A stretch of DNA of 64,000 nucleotides from a virus. Taxonomy: Duplodnaviria > Caudoviricetes. Below are positions 28,906 through 38,955 of the stretch, piece by piece. Where the stretch lies: the IMG/VR virus record IMGVR_UViG_3300038679_000051, positions 256,400 to 320,399 of that record; one strand, given 5' to 3'. Position 1 is the stretch's first letter; each line of letters opens with the position of its first letter. Under the pieces are notes generated by a model that had not been told where the DNA came from, made no database searches, and saw only the letters and a program-made list of their open reading frames with translations. Position numbers and translations under genes: made by a program.

Positions 28906-29151
28906 ATGGCGCAATTAATCCCGACGTGGCTCATTCGTAACGTTAGTAACGGTAGTCTCACGGTGAAAGCAAATCCCGATTTGACATCACCAGTCTACCC
29001 TTCTTCGGCAAGTCTGGTAACGATCAAACCACAGACCAATGTGGAAATTGAACGAAGCCGTCTTGAAGAGGAGCAGATTCTCAATCTGCGACGAAAAAAT
29101 TTAATCACGATGACGCCGCTCGTCAAATCAATCGAGTCTGGCACTGAATAA
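28906..29151 (+). CDS. small hypothetical protein
   Basis: Strong AAGGAGG RBS; TAATG coupling to the next gene. Confidence 0.7.
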   Translation: MAQLIPTWLIRNVSNGSLTVKANPDLTSPVYPSSASLVTIKPQTNVEIERSRLEEEQILNLRRKNLITMTPLVKSIESGTE

Positions 29152-30341
29152 TGAACCTGTCGGACAGGCTTCATCATTTATTTGAGGTGGTTGACCCAAA
29201 CGACATCAATAATCGCATTGATGTATTGTTAAAGGCCATAGATCAATCCAAACCCAATTACATAAAGCATATCGATAGCGTAGTTGGGACAATGAATGAT
29301 TATTTGCGTGGGAAGGTCGATAGTGCGCCTGAAACCATAAAATCCATAAAATCTTCACCAGAGGCTCCGAAAGACGACCCAAAACGTAGAAAAATCAATA
29401 AGGATAAGGTTGCAGCGATTTTATTACGTACTGGTGAAGCTCCGGATATGACAACTGCGATCAGCCAAGCCGAAAAAATGAGTAATTGGACGGATGCACA
29501 ATGGGACGCATGGCATCAACAAGAATCAACATGTCGTCACGTCATTCCGTTGCTTGAAGCACGTGGATTGATTACGCTTAATGCAATCGCGATGCGTGCC
29601 CGCATTGCAGCGAATGACGTTGCAAACTCAATAAAGGCTGGCGAATTATTTCATAAACTTAAATCATTGTTGTCTGAGGGGTATTACATCGATGGTGGCA
29701 GGACGTTGTTAGAAGACATACACATTGATGATTTATATCAATCCATATCGAATTTAGATTTAGCGACGGCTTATGAAAAGTTCAAAGATGAATTGATTTA
29801 TATGAAAAAGAAATGGTCTAACGTTGACGACATAAACGTATTGGCCGATAAATTAAGAGAAGTTCGGATGCAATCGCCAATCAACAAACGAGTGGCATAC
29901 GATCTCGTTGATAAACTCAGGAAACAATATGTGGATTTGACGTTGCATTTCAAAATAATAGAATCGTTATCTAAGAAGATCGTTAAATGGTTGAAAATCA
30001 ATAACGCGGACGCTCGTGCTACGGCATCCCAAGTAGAGGCCATTATCAATAAGATCAACAAGACCGAGAAGAAGACGGAAGAACCAGAAACGCCAGAAAC
30101 GCCTGCAAAGGCAGAAACACCAGCGCCGAAGGATCGTGAAGTTGAATTGGCCAATAAACTTCGACAATTTGGCGTCAAGCAGGATCAAACATTCAGACAA
30201 TCTGCCATAAAACAGGCGATTGCAGCTGGTGCAAAAACTGATGATGAGATAATCGATAAAGCGATTGATCTATATAGAGGACACAAAATTAGGATTGACG
30301 ATCCGCACGCTGAACTCAGAAAGAAACTACGCTCATATTAA
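29151..30341 (+). CDS. helical hypothetical protein, possible head-internal protein; C-terminal RuvA-C/UBA-like three-helix bundle
   Basis: Several L-x-E sites (LFE, LLE, LSE); C-terminal ELANKLRQFG..AIKQAIAAG..DEIIDKAI. Confidence 0.5.
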   Translation: MNLSDRLHHLFEVVDPNDINNRIDVLLKAIDQSKPNYIKHIDSVVGTMNDYLRGKVDSAPETIKSIKSSPEAPKDDPKRRKINKDKVAAILLRTGEAPDMTTAISQAEKMSNWTDAQWDAWHQQESTCRHVIPLLEARGLITLNAIAMRARIAANDVANSIKAGELFHKLKSLLSEGYYIDGGRTLLEDIHIDDLYQSISNLDLATAYEKFKDELIYMKKKWSNVDDINVLADKLREVRMQSPINKRVAYDLVDKLRKQYVDLTLHFKIIESLSKKIVKWLKINNADARATASQVEAIINKINKTEKKTEEPETPETPAKAETPAPKDREVELANKLRQFGVKQDQTFRQSAIKQAIAAGAKTDDEIIDKAIDLYRGHKIRIDDPHAELRKKLRSY

Positions 30342-31183
30342 AAGGTTATTGATTTGACTTTGGCAACGTCCATGGCCGTGTCTATTTCACCATGTCTTTT
30401 GACCATCCTTTTCAATTCCTTCATGAATTTTATGTAATGATAACGTTCCAGCAATTTGAAGGTTACGTTATCCGGCAACGAGTTCTTAGATCCATATTCC
30501 CGAATCTCTTCTGGCGACATGTCTCTTTCAAACGCATTGTCACGTAGGTCGCTGAGATGGTTGTATTGTGATATGAGTACTTCTACCGAATCGTTGATTT
30601 CTTTCAATTTTTCGTTTATTCTGTTTTCAAGATCGGCAATGTCTTCGTCTTTCAATCTATTGAAAATGTCATAATCGATGATGTCCCGTTTCAATTCAGC
30701 TTTAGTCAAATCAATTTTTTCAACTTCATCATGGAATCGTTGCATGTAATCATCCAAATCAATTTCGATGTCATACGGTCCTAAAATCATTTCATCGTTG
30801 CGCAAATCATATAAACCATCGGCACGAGATCGGTCATATTCACCGCGCACCACATAGAATTGCAATGGATGATCGGTCCCTATAGCTGACGTTTCCTTGT
30901 CATGATATTCTTTTAGATAATTTTTAATTCTCTCATAGTCGACATCAGACATTTCCGGTGCCGTTTCCATTAGGATGTCTATGTCGGTGTCGTCCAACCA
31001 TTGATAACTTAATATGCTGCCTTTGACATATATGTTCCCGATTGACAATCCAGTTTCTCTGCTTATGTGGTCAATTATATCTAGAATCTGTTTACGTATC
31101 TCAGGCTTCATGACATGCATGTCATTGAATACCATTGGGTCTAGCGAACTTCTGGTTGGATCAATTATTGATTCAGTCAGCAT
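30338..31183 (-). CDS. nucleotidyltransferase-fold protein
   Basis: IYVKGSILSYQW..DTDIDIL (GS..DxD)..PLQFYV, followed by coiled coil. Confidence 0.7.
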   Translation of the reverse strand: MLTESIIDPTRSSLDPMVFNDMHVMKPEIRKQILDIIDHISRETGLSIGNIYVKGSILSYQWLDDTDIDILMETAPEMSDVDYERIKNYLKEYHDKETSAIGTDHPLQFYVVRGEYDRSRADGLYDLRNDEMILGPYDIEIDLDDYMQRFHDEVEKIDLTKAELKRDIIDYDIFNRLKDEDIADLENRINEKLKEINDSVEVLISQYNHLSDLRDNAFERDMSPEEIREYGSKNSLPDNVTFKLLERYHYIKFMKELKRMVKRHGEIDTAMDVAKVKSITF

Positions 31184-31201
31184 TTGTTTCTCCCATATGA
31201 T

Positions 31202-31208
31202 ATGTTTG
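31202..31208 (-). promoter_or_regulatory. putative late promoter variant (CAAACAT)
   Basis: GACAAACATATCAT upstream of the GGGAGA RBS of 31183. Confidence 0.45.
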
Positions 31209-31263
31209 TCTCACACAAAAATACGTCTACGATGGCAATGGTCTAATTTTAAGGAGAATCGCG

Positions 31264-31413
31264 ATGAAACTTGGTCGTAACGAAGTTGGAATCGTCTTGT
31301 TTGTAGCGAATGGAAAGAAAGCAATGACGATAACCGCAAAACGACCAATTAAAAATCCTAAAGTGGAGATGCAATCGCGAGAAGAGAAATTGAAGAATCT
31401 ACAAAATAAATAA
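31264..31413 (+). CDS. small basic protein (49 aa; not in the ORF track)
   Basis: AAGGAG RBS; MKLGRNEVGIVLFVANGKKAMTITAKRPIKNPKVEMQSREEKLKNLQNK. Confidence 0.55.
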   Translation: MKLGRNEVGIVLFVANGKKAMTITAKRPIKNPKVEMQSREEKLKNLQNK

Positions 31414-31456
31414 AGAAGTGATTTGAGTCCTCCCATTTGATGTGGTGGAAACGAAC

Positions 31457-32830
31457 ATGGATTATGTCGATCGTCTTAAGTCACTTTCACATCAAGTGGA
31501 ATCTGACGTAAGCGGTGTCACAATGGACGACGGAGTGAAAGTCACCGTTAAATGTTCATGTGGTCAGAGAAATGAAATTGGCGCAAGATCATTGATCAGA
31601 CGGTGGGCACACAAAGGGCAATATCTCTGTAAATCATGTTCAGTTAAGACATACGTTAACGATCCAAATAGAATTAAACGAGCGGTACAATCGTTTAAAG
31701 AATCAATGACTGATGAACGAAAAAAGAAAATGTCCGACGGTGTGTGTAATGCATGGAAAAATGATGATTATCGTGAGAAGATCTCAAAAGCGACGACACG
31801 AGACAACATAACTAATCCGTTGAAGAAAATTGCCAGAGAAAAAGCATTAAAGGCATTATTAGTTAAAAGACCAAACCATATGGCTGAGATACGACAATTG
31901 AATCAAAAAACAAGCAAAATACAGAAAATGTTATATGAAATGTTAGATGAACTTGGTGTCCAACATTTTAAAGATGATTCTAATGAATGTCGTATTGGTT
32001 ATTTCGTATTTGATTGTAGAATAGACCCACATGACAGAGTAAAGCTGAGAAAGTCGTTATTAATAGAAGTACAAGGAGATTATTGGCATTCTTTACCAAG
32101 AGTAGCATGTAAAGATGCATCAAAATCAACGTATATCAGTAGATATTTTGATCAATTTGATCTTAAATATATATGGGAACACGAATTTTACTCGAAAGGC
32201 AGAGTGATGTCATTGTTGCGGCATTGGTTGGGAATTGACGAATTTAATCAGATCAATTTCGAATTTAATGACATATTAATGAAAGAAATTTCAATTGATG
32301 ATGCTGAGAATTTCATATCGAAATTTCATTATGCTGGTAAACTTGGTAGGGGTGGCACTAAATTTGGATGTTATTTAAACGATAAATTGATTGCAGTGTG
32401 TGTTTTCTCACAATTACTCAGAAAAGAGACTGCAGAATTACAGGGACATAAGCAGAATGAAATGCTTGAACTTTCCCGCTTTTGTATTCATCCATCATAT
32501 CAGAAGAAGAACTTTGCTTCATGGTTTATTTCTAGGGCTACGAAGAAAATCATAGAAATTAGACCAGAAATCAAAAGGCTTGTCTCATTTTCTGATTCGA
32601 CATATAATCATGTTGGGACAATTTATAAAGCTTCAAATTGGATGTTTGATGGATTAGTGAAACCTAGTTATTGGTATGTTGATAAAGATGGATATGTTGC
32701 TCATAAGAAATCAATTTGGGATCATGCAAGCAAGATGAATATGAGCGAATCAGAATATTGTATTAAATTTGGATTTGTTAAAGTATGTGGCAAAGAAAAG
32801 AATAGATATATTTATGTAATCAAACCATAA
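31457..32830 (+). CDS. Vsr/DUF559 endonuclease-Mom-like GNAT fusion with N-terminal zinc finger (Hef-like)
   Basis: CSCG..CKSC; FDC..LLIEVQGDYWHS..D.SK..IWEHE; FHYAG..ELSRFC..SFSDSTYNHVGTIYKASNW. Confidence 0.8.
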   Translation: MDYVDRLKSLSHQVESDVSGVTMDDGVKVTVKCSCGQRNEIGARSLIRRWAHKGQYLCKSCSVKTYVNDPNRIKRAVQSFKESMTDERKKKMSDGVCNAWKNDDYREKISKATTRDNITNPLKKIAREKALKALLVKRPNHMAEIRQLNQKTSKIQKMLYEMLDELGVQHFKDDSNECRIGYFVFDCRIDPHDRVKLRKSLLIEVQGDYWHSLPRVACKDASKSTYISRYFDQFDLKYIWEHEFYSKGRVMSLLRHWLGIDEFNQINFEFNDILMKEISIDDAENFISKFHYAGKLGRGGTKFGCYLNDKLIAVCVFSQLLRKETAELQGHKQNEMLELSRFCIHPSYQKKNFASWFISRATKKIIEIRPEIKRLVSFSDSTYNHVGTIYKASNWMFDGLVKPSYWYVDKDGYVAHKKSIWDHASKMNMSESEYCIKFGFVKVCGKEKNRYIYVIKP

Positions 32831-32862
32831 AGTAGGACCGACAATAGCTTTCAAGGAGAAAG

Positions 32863-34614
32863 ATGATGCCAACAATTAATCCAAATTTGATTCCGACCAT
32901 TGAACCCGGTCAGATTTTTAGTAGATTTACTTCAGATACTACGCTCAACGTTCGGTGGCTTGAGGCAGTTGACCCGGTATATTTCGACATATACAATCGA
33001 CCAATTGCCGATACGGTAGTGAGACAATTGATATTGGCCAAAGCGTTGGACATTCTTAGCGTTCGTCTTGCTTTTATGGCTCATTTTCCATTTCTAATCG
33101 TTCCAACGATATCTGGGTCGACCATCCATGAATTGCCCTCCAATTGGATTTGGGACATGCATGCTTCGATCCCTGCCAAATGGAAAATGTTGCGATTGGC
33201 AAAAATCAAACGAATTAGTGGACACAACCCAAGCGGGACTGATGCGACATATACCGGCAAAATAGAATTCATCTTTACTGCATCTACGTCTACGTCGGTA
33301 GTGGAAACGGCGTTGTTTAAAGTCACTTATCAAATCGACAGCAATCTGACTTATCAAATCGTAGAAATTACCAATGTGATTGCTGGCGAAGAACCAATAG
33401 TCATTGATCCCGCTGAAGCGGACACTCTGGCTGGATATGTGATGTTCAGGACGTTGGATCTTACCAGCACAGCAGTAACTAATTTCTTCGATTTCATAGC
33501 ACCGCCAGTCGGTTCGGAAGGCACTGAATACCCAGTGCCTACGACGTATGAATTGGATGACTCACCGGCGGGCACTGACGTTAGCAGTGATTTCGGTCCG
33601 ACGGCCATCTCACACGGTACCGGTCTGTTGGTTGCATCTGCCTACAACATGATTCCAGCGCTCGATTCAGATGCCAACGTTTGGTTGAGCGCATTCAATT
33701 ATCCATTCGGATTGGTTGCATCACGGCAATCTACGTCACCAATATTGGTGACCATACCGAAGGCATTGTTTGCAGAATTTGACATAGCAGTTCCTGCCGG
33801 TGACGGCCCATTGGCTGATACGACCGGTCTAATGTTCCCAGTCTGGATTTCTCGAATCGAACGGGTGTCGTCTGGCAAATGTACGGCTTATTTTGCTACG
33901 CACAACGTTACCGATGACATGCCGTCCACGCAGCCAGTTGAATTTGCTACGCTCACATTAGAGAGCACGTTCCTCTCCGGTCGGATAATTCCCATAGTGC
34001 CACTTGACGATTTGTTCGAAAAATCTGGATCTGATTCATTATTGTGGCAACAACATTTTGGTCGGGGACATGTCGTATTGTCAGCGAAATGGGCAGTTGG
34101 AAATACCGAAATTTCTGATTTCTTTGCTGCATTGGACACGATCCTTGACGCACCAGCAGACTTGTTGTTTGACCAAAGTGCGACCAGAGTTGGATCTTTT
34201 GGTCTATCACGCGTCCCAAAATATGTCCCAACAATCGGCCAAGCACAAGCATTGCGTGGAAGTGCCGCACGTAGAGAAGTACCAGTGAATCCTGATGATA
34301 ACAATCGTTACGTCACTGAACAAGATCAGGGTCTTGGCGATAAATATGATTTTCAAACTTGCGAGAATCTAGACGTTGCCAAGCGGACGAATGCCGACAT
34401 CGATCGTTATGGTTATAAAGGTGGATTGGTCAGTCGATTCGTTACACTGATCGTAAATGAATGCGGCACCAGTCACAATTATGACGATGACATCTTACCA
34501 AGATTGAAGTGCTTATTGGGTAGAGACGTGATATTCGGCGACAGATGGTATGACGGAACTCGCGTTAAGACATACGTCATCGACGCCAATAATCAGGGCG
34601 TTTGGATAGGCTAA
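32863..34614 (+). CDS. putative virion structural protein
   Basis: 583 aa, S/T/P/D-rich and beta-like; GGAG RBS; no recognised family. Confidence 0.55.
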   Translation: MMPTINPNLIPTIEPGQIFSRFTSDTTLNVRWLEAVDPVYFDIYNRPIADTVVRQLILAKALDILSVRLAFMAHFPFLIVPTISGSTIHELPSNWIWDMHASIPAKWKMLRLAKIKRISGHNPSGTDATYTGKIEFIFTASTSTSVVETALFKVTYQIDSNLTYQIVEITNVIAGEEPIVIDPAEADTLAGYVMFRTLDLTSTAVTNFFDFIAPPVGSEGTEYPVPTTYELDDSPAGTDVSSDFGPTAISHGTGLLVASAYNMIPALDSDANVWLSAFNYPFGLVASRQSTSPILVTIPKALFAEFDIAVPAGDGPLADTTGLMFPVWISRIERVSSGKCTAYFATHNVTDDMPSTQPVEFATLTLESTFLSGRIIPIVPLDDLFEKSGSDSLLWQQHFGRGHVVLSAKWAVGNTEISDFFAALDTILDAPADLLFDQSATRVGSFGLSRVPKYVPTIGQAQALRGSAARREVPVNPDDNNRYVTEQDQGLGDKYDFQTCENLDVAKRTNADIDRYGYKGGLVSRFVTLIVNECGTSHNYDDDILPRLKCLLGRDVIFGDRWYDGTRVKTYVIDANNQGVWIG

Positions 34615-34656
34615 CGACAGTATTTCTTTCTTTTTCCTTCATTTGAGGACGAACCA

Positions 34657-36297
34657 ATGAGTCCAGACCAACCATCAACAATGAGAAAACATGACGAAAA
34701 AGGACCCAATGTTCAGCGACATCTTGTAACTAATTTAAAGATGACCGATGGATTGTTGAAGAAGATCATCGATGAATATGTTAATAAAGATGTCTCGATT
34801 ACTGATTTGTCAAGGAAATACGACGTTGATAAGAAGACGATTTCCAGATGGTTCCGTAAATCAGACGTGGCATTGAAGCCAAATAAGAAGCATGAATCAA
34901 TTAAAGTAGAGCGGGTGAAATGGCATACAAAAGAGGAAAGAGATGAAGAAATATTGAGGCAATACAATGGAACTGATCGTGGGTGTAACGTAATAGCAAG
35001 ATCATTGGGCATCGGTAAGAGGACCGTATTTCGCGTCTTAGACGATCACAACGTTGCAAGACACAAGAAGCACCAAACGGTGATTGATTTAGAAGCCTTA
35101 AAAAAGGAATATGAGGACGGTTGTGGCGTCGTTGAATTGGCAAGGAAGTACGATACGACGTCACGAACCATACACGATAGATTGACTAAAATTGGGTGCA
35201 TTTTGCGGACGTCGGCTGATACGAACAGTGCCATACCGATCAATCTTCAAGACGACGTAATTAAATGGTATGTTGATGAAGATCACAGCACATATGACGT
35301 TGCGAAGAGGCTCAAGAATTACAACGTTGATGTCCATCCAAACAGCATACAAAAGTTTATTAATCGCAGAGGATTGATGCGGCATGGACAGGAGATGAGA
35401 AATCACGTTGCTCGTAAACAGAAAAACAAGAATCACAGGACGAAAGTTGAAGCGATCGTCGAACAAGCAATCAAAGAGTTAGAAATTAAATATGATTGGC
35501 AACATCCCATCGACGGTTGGACATATGATTTTAGTTGTGGTGACGTGCTGATAGAAGCAAACGGTGATTATTGGCATTCATTGCCTGGTCGAAGACAGAG
35601 GGATGCAAAGAAATTCAACGTTGCGCGTGAACATAATAAGAAGGTGTGTTATGTGTGGGAACACGAAGCGAATGCAAATGTGGAATTGATTAAGAATAGA
35701 TTAAAACATGCATTGACTGATAAACCAACGTTTGATTTTAGGGCGTGTACCGTTAAAGCAGTTGATTTTAAAGACGTTGAGGCATTTCTTGATCGACATC
35801 ATTATCAAGGTTCAGGGCGCAACGGCACTACTTGCGTTGGATGTTATAACGGCGATGAACTTGTTGCCGTCGTTACGTTCGGCAGCGTCGTCAGATTGGA
35901 AATGGCAGAAAAACAAAGCATGGCGACCAATGAGATTAGGGAATTGATGAGACTTTGTATTAGACCGGACGTACAAAGCAGGAATTTTGCCACATGGTTG
36001 TTGGCTAGATCACGCAGAGTCCTCCGAGAAATGGAACCAAACGTTGAATTATTGATATCGTTTGCCGATCCAAATTTTGGCCATGTCGGCACGATCTATA
36101 AGGCCGACAATTGGCGTTTTGATGGTGAAACGTCATCGAGTTATTGGTACGTTGATCCTCGTTCCACAATCATCCATAAGAAGACCGTGTGGAATAGGGC
36201 GATGAGGAGCGGCATTACGGAGAAAGAACAAATAAAACGTGATCATCTGATTAAGGTCGAGGCAAGACCCAAATATCGATTCATTCGTAAACCCTAA
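34657..36297 (+). CDS. Vsr/DUF559 endonuclease-Mom-like GNAT fusion with N-terminal HTH array (Hef-like)
   Basis: About four HTH repeats (e.g. SITDLSRKYDVDKKTISRWF); YDF..LIEANGDYWHS..D..K..VWEHE; HHYQG..ELMRLC..SFADP..HVGTIYKADNW. Confidence 0.8.
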   Translation: MSPDQPSTMRKHDEKGPNVQRHLVTNLKMTDGLLKKIIDEYVNKDVSITDLSRKYDVDKKTISRWFRKSDVALKPNKKHESIKVERVKWHTKEERDEEILRQYNGTDRGCNVIARSLGIGKRTVFRVLDDHNVARHKKHQTVIDLEALKKEYEDGCGVVELARKYDTTSRTIHDRLTKIGCILRTSADTNSAIPINLQDDVIKWYVDEDHSTYDVAKRLKNYNVDVHPNSIQKFINRRGLMRHGQEMRNHVARKQKNKNHRTKVEAIVEQAIKELEIKYDWQHPIDGWTYDFSCGDVLIEANGDYWHSLPGRRQRDAKKFNVAREHNKKVCYVWEHEANANVELIKNRLKHALTDKPTFDFRACTVKAVDFKDVEAFLDRHHYQGSGRNGTTCVGCYNGDELVAVVTFGSVVRLEMAEKQSMATNEIRELMRLCIRPDVQSRNFATWLLARSRRVLREMEPNVELLISFADPNFGHVGTIYKADNWRFDGETSSSYWYVDPRSTIIHKKTVWNRAMRSGITEKEQIKRDHLIKVEARPKYRFIRKP

Positions 36298-36638
36298 TGT
36301 TTCCACAAACATACATTGAAATGCGATTGCACGATCTTCATCGCCCTCATCATTATCTCTTCGTGTACGGCACGTTGATGGATCCAGCCGTTCGTCTGAG
36401 CGTTTTTGGGCGTAATCCACAGAGCATTGTCGACGTCCTCAATGGTTATCGAAAGCGGATTGTTGGTTCTTATCCCGACATTGTACTTGACTCCAGAGGA
36501 ACCGTTTCTGGGCGCGTTCTCTGCATCACCGACGATGAATTGCGGACTGCCGATGGATGGGAGGAACGATATGTGCGGAAGCCAGTCACGCTGGAGAGTG
36601 GCCGGATCGCCTGGTCATATTTTATGAAAACATTCTAG
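36297..36638 (+). CDS. gamma-glutamylcyclotransferase (GGCT/AIG2-like)
   Basis: LFVYGTLM..V.G.V..EL...D.WE..Y.R..V.L.SG..AW.Y. Confidence 0.85.
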   Translation: MFPQTYIEMRLHDLHRPHHYLFVYGTLMDPAVRLSVFGRNPQSIVDVLNGYRKRIVGSYPDIVLDSRGTVSGRVLCITDDELRTADGWEERYVRKPVTLESGRIAWSYFMKTF

Positions 36639-36670
36639 AATTGTATTTAAATGATAAGGAGGAACATTTT

Positions 36671-36955
36671 ATGGACATGCACTGCATTGTCTGTGGTACT
36701 GAACTTAAGCCATGCTTTGATGGCATGCCTATTCCCCCGTTAGGGGCTACGGTTTTTCATGCTTATGGGAACTATGGATCGGAGGTTTTCGATCGCATGT
36801 CATTCCATGACAATGACACATATTTGGAAATTTGCATATGTGATGCTTGTTTAAGGCGTAAGGCAGAACTCGTCATATATTGTGAGAGAAAGGTGACGAA
36901 GGAAGTGAAAGAGCGTCCGTTCGGTGCCGTCCTTGCAGAAAGAATAATGCCTTGA
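36671..36955 (+). CDS. small zinc-binding protein
   Basis: AAGGAGG RBS before ATG 36671; CIVC..ICDAC. Confidence 0.65.
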   Translation: MDMHCIVCGTELKPCFDGMPIPPLGATVFHAYGNYGSEVFDRMSFHDNDTYLEICICDACLRRKAELVIYCERKVTKEVKERPFGAVLAERIMP

Positions 36956-36957
36956 CG

Positions 36958-38019
36958 TTAGAAGTAAGGATATCCTTCTAGACGAGCAATCTCGTCTTTA
37001 TACATTCTCTCAGTTATCCTCGCTTTGAGATTTATGCTTGGATCACAAAGAATTCTAAAAACATCCAGTCGCATTTGTCTATCAGGATTTATCGATCGAT
37101 GGGTAAGAAATTTATTGGTACAAATGTATTCGTTGTAATTGTTTTGGAATTTCGTCATATATCCATTGATGAAACCATAGGAACCTGGCCCTAAGCCGAT
37201 CATTTCATTCGCGGCGATCAAGTTTTCATTGTAAACATTGACATATTTGTTAGTAAAGAAACCAAACAATCCCTCCACAAAATTATGATTTTGCAACAAT
37301 TCTTTACAATGAAGATATGTTTCCCATGCCGCATTTTTGTCGATGGAATGTGTCTTACTGTCATATCGATATAACGTAATGCTTTGAAAACCATAATCAA
37401 TGATTCTTTTTAGATCATCATCGGTCGGTGAGATGGAAGTCTTGATGGCATAAATGAAGTCTATGTTGACGGCTTTGAATTTGTGTCTCACCAAATTGAG
37501 CGCTGCCAACGATTCTTCTGCGGCTCGTTTGTTGTGTCTAGTACCAATGATTTTTAAAGTCTTATCGTCGAGCGATTGCAACCCAACGGAAACTCTAGTG
37601 ATTCCAGATAGATCATTAAGATATTGTCGCGTATAATCTAGTGGATTACCTTCGAGAGTAATTTCACAATCATCGATTAAATTGAAGCGTTTTCTAATTG
37701 CATCCAATAACCGACGTATCTGCTTAATGCTTAGCAATGATGCCGTGCCGCCACCAAAATAAACGGCAGTGCATTTGGCCGTTTGAAATCTCTGTGGAGC
37801 ATGATTTATTCTTTCAACGATTATGTCGACATACCTTTCCAATTCTAATCCGAGCGAACTTTCAACTACGGCATGCTTAAAAAATGGACATGAACGACAT
37901 TTGCCGACACAAAATGGGATCGAGACATAAATTGAAAAAACGTCGTTGTATCTACCATCAAGATTTAAACAATCGCATTCTTCATTCGGCATCACAGGCG
38001 GTACGAGAAACGTATTCAA
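36958..38019 (-). CDS. HemN/HemW-like radical SAM protein
   Basis: IYVSIPFCVGKCRSCPF (CxxxCxxC), VYFGGGTAS, EITLEGNP, RVSVGLQS; TTG start with GGAGG RBS. Confidence 0.8.
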   Translation of the reverse strand: MNTFLVPPVMPNEECDCLNLDGRYNDVFSIYVSIPFCVGKCRSCPFFKHAVVESSLGLELERYVDIIVERINHAPQRFQTAKCTAVYFGGGTASLLSIKQIRRLLDAIRKRFNLIDDCEITLEGNPLDYTRQYLNDLSGITRVSVGLQSLDDKTLKIIGTRHNKRAAEESLAALNLVRHKFKAVNIDFIYAIKTSISPTDDDLKRIIDYGFQSITLYRYDSKTHSIDKNAAWETYLHCKELLQNHNFVEGLFGFFTNKYVNVYNENLIAANEMIGLGPGSYGFINGYMTKFQNNYNEYICTNKFLTHRSINPDRQMRLDVFRILCDPSINLKARITERMYKDEIARLEGYPYF

Positions 38020-38031
38020 GTTGCGCCTCCT

Positions 38032-38937
38032 CTAAGGTAGACAATTACAGAAATGATTTACCTTGTTTAATCGTTGTAGAACTGCAGTGGTTTCCTTGCA
38101 CAATCCCCAAGCAATTCCTGCGTCGGTGAGCAATTTGCCCAATTTTTCGTAGATTTCCATGCGCAGATCTGGGTTGATGCGGAGTGCCTTATCATCACCG
38201 TCGCGAACCATGAGGTGCCCGACCGTCATAAACGGATTGGCTGTCTCGACAGCATGCCCTCTGGAAGCATATGACGGTAAATTGCCTTGAGCACGCAATG
38301 TGCGCAGCGTTACGAAATCCGGTTTGATGGCAATTATGTCTTGAACGGTTTGGACGTACATCGTTTCCCATCCCTCGATGGGAATGATGGGGTCGAGCCT
38401 GATTCGTACGTTGTAACCAGCCGTCTTGGCTCTGGCTGCTGCCGCCAATCTTGCTGTGCTGGATGGAGCGAGATGCTCATACGTTGCGCTGATTTGAGCG
38501 GCGTTGATGGACCAACCTAGACGTAAATTGGGATGCACCGGAATTTCATCCGGCCAAGAATCTCCCTTGGTCAGAAAGGAGAGGACATGCTTGTTTTGAG
38601 CGGTGAAAAGTGGAATTACATGTGACAGATAAGCAGTGCTGACTGCGAAACTGTCAGCTAGTTCACCAGTGTTGAGCAACGACGGTTTCTCCGTCTTCTG
38701 TAACCAATCATCTACCTCTTTTTGCATCACGTCTAGGTTATCATACCAACGTGGTGACGTATTGCCGCGCAATGTGTTTTGGAGAAAGCAATATGAGCAC
38801 CGATAAGGGCAACCTACGGCATGGTGTAGAATGTAGAATTGTGGACAATAGACGTTTCCCGGCATCCTTTCAAACAATGAGATGAATTTATAACCGAGTT
38901 CAGATTTGCCCGTCCGTTTCTTGTGTGGGTTTTCCAT
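38032..38937 (-). CDS. splB: spore photoproduct lyase family radical SAM protein
   Basis: GCPYRCSYCFLQ, TGELADS, LTK, LGWSIN, RL.AA, RLDPII; start 38937 with AAGGAG RBS. Confidence 0.8.
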   Translation of the reverse strand: MENPHKKRTGKSELGYKFISLFERMPGNVYCPQFYILHHAVGCPYRCSYCFLQNTLRGNTSPRWYDNLDVMQKEVDDWLQKTEKPSLLNTGELADSFAVSTAYLSHVIPLFTAQNKHVLSFLTKGDSWPDEIPVHPNLRLGWSINAAQISATYEHLAPSSTARLAAAARAKTAGYNVRIRLDPIIPIEGWETMYVQTVQDIIAIKPDFVTLRTLRAQGNLPSYASRGHAVETANPFMTVGHLMVRDGDDKALRINPDLRMEIYEKLGKLLTDAGIAWGLCKETTAVLQRLNKVNHFCNCLP

Positions 38938-38955
38938 TCTGTGTTCTCCTTTGGT

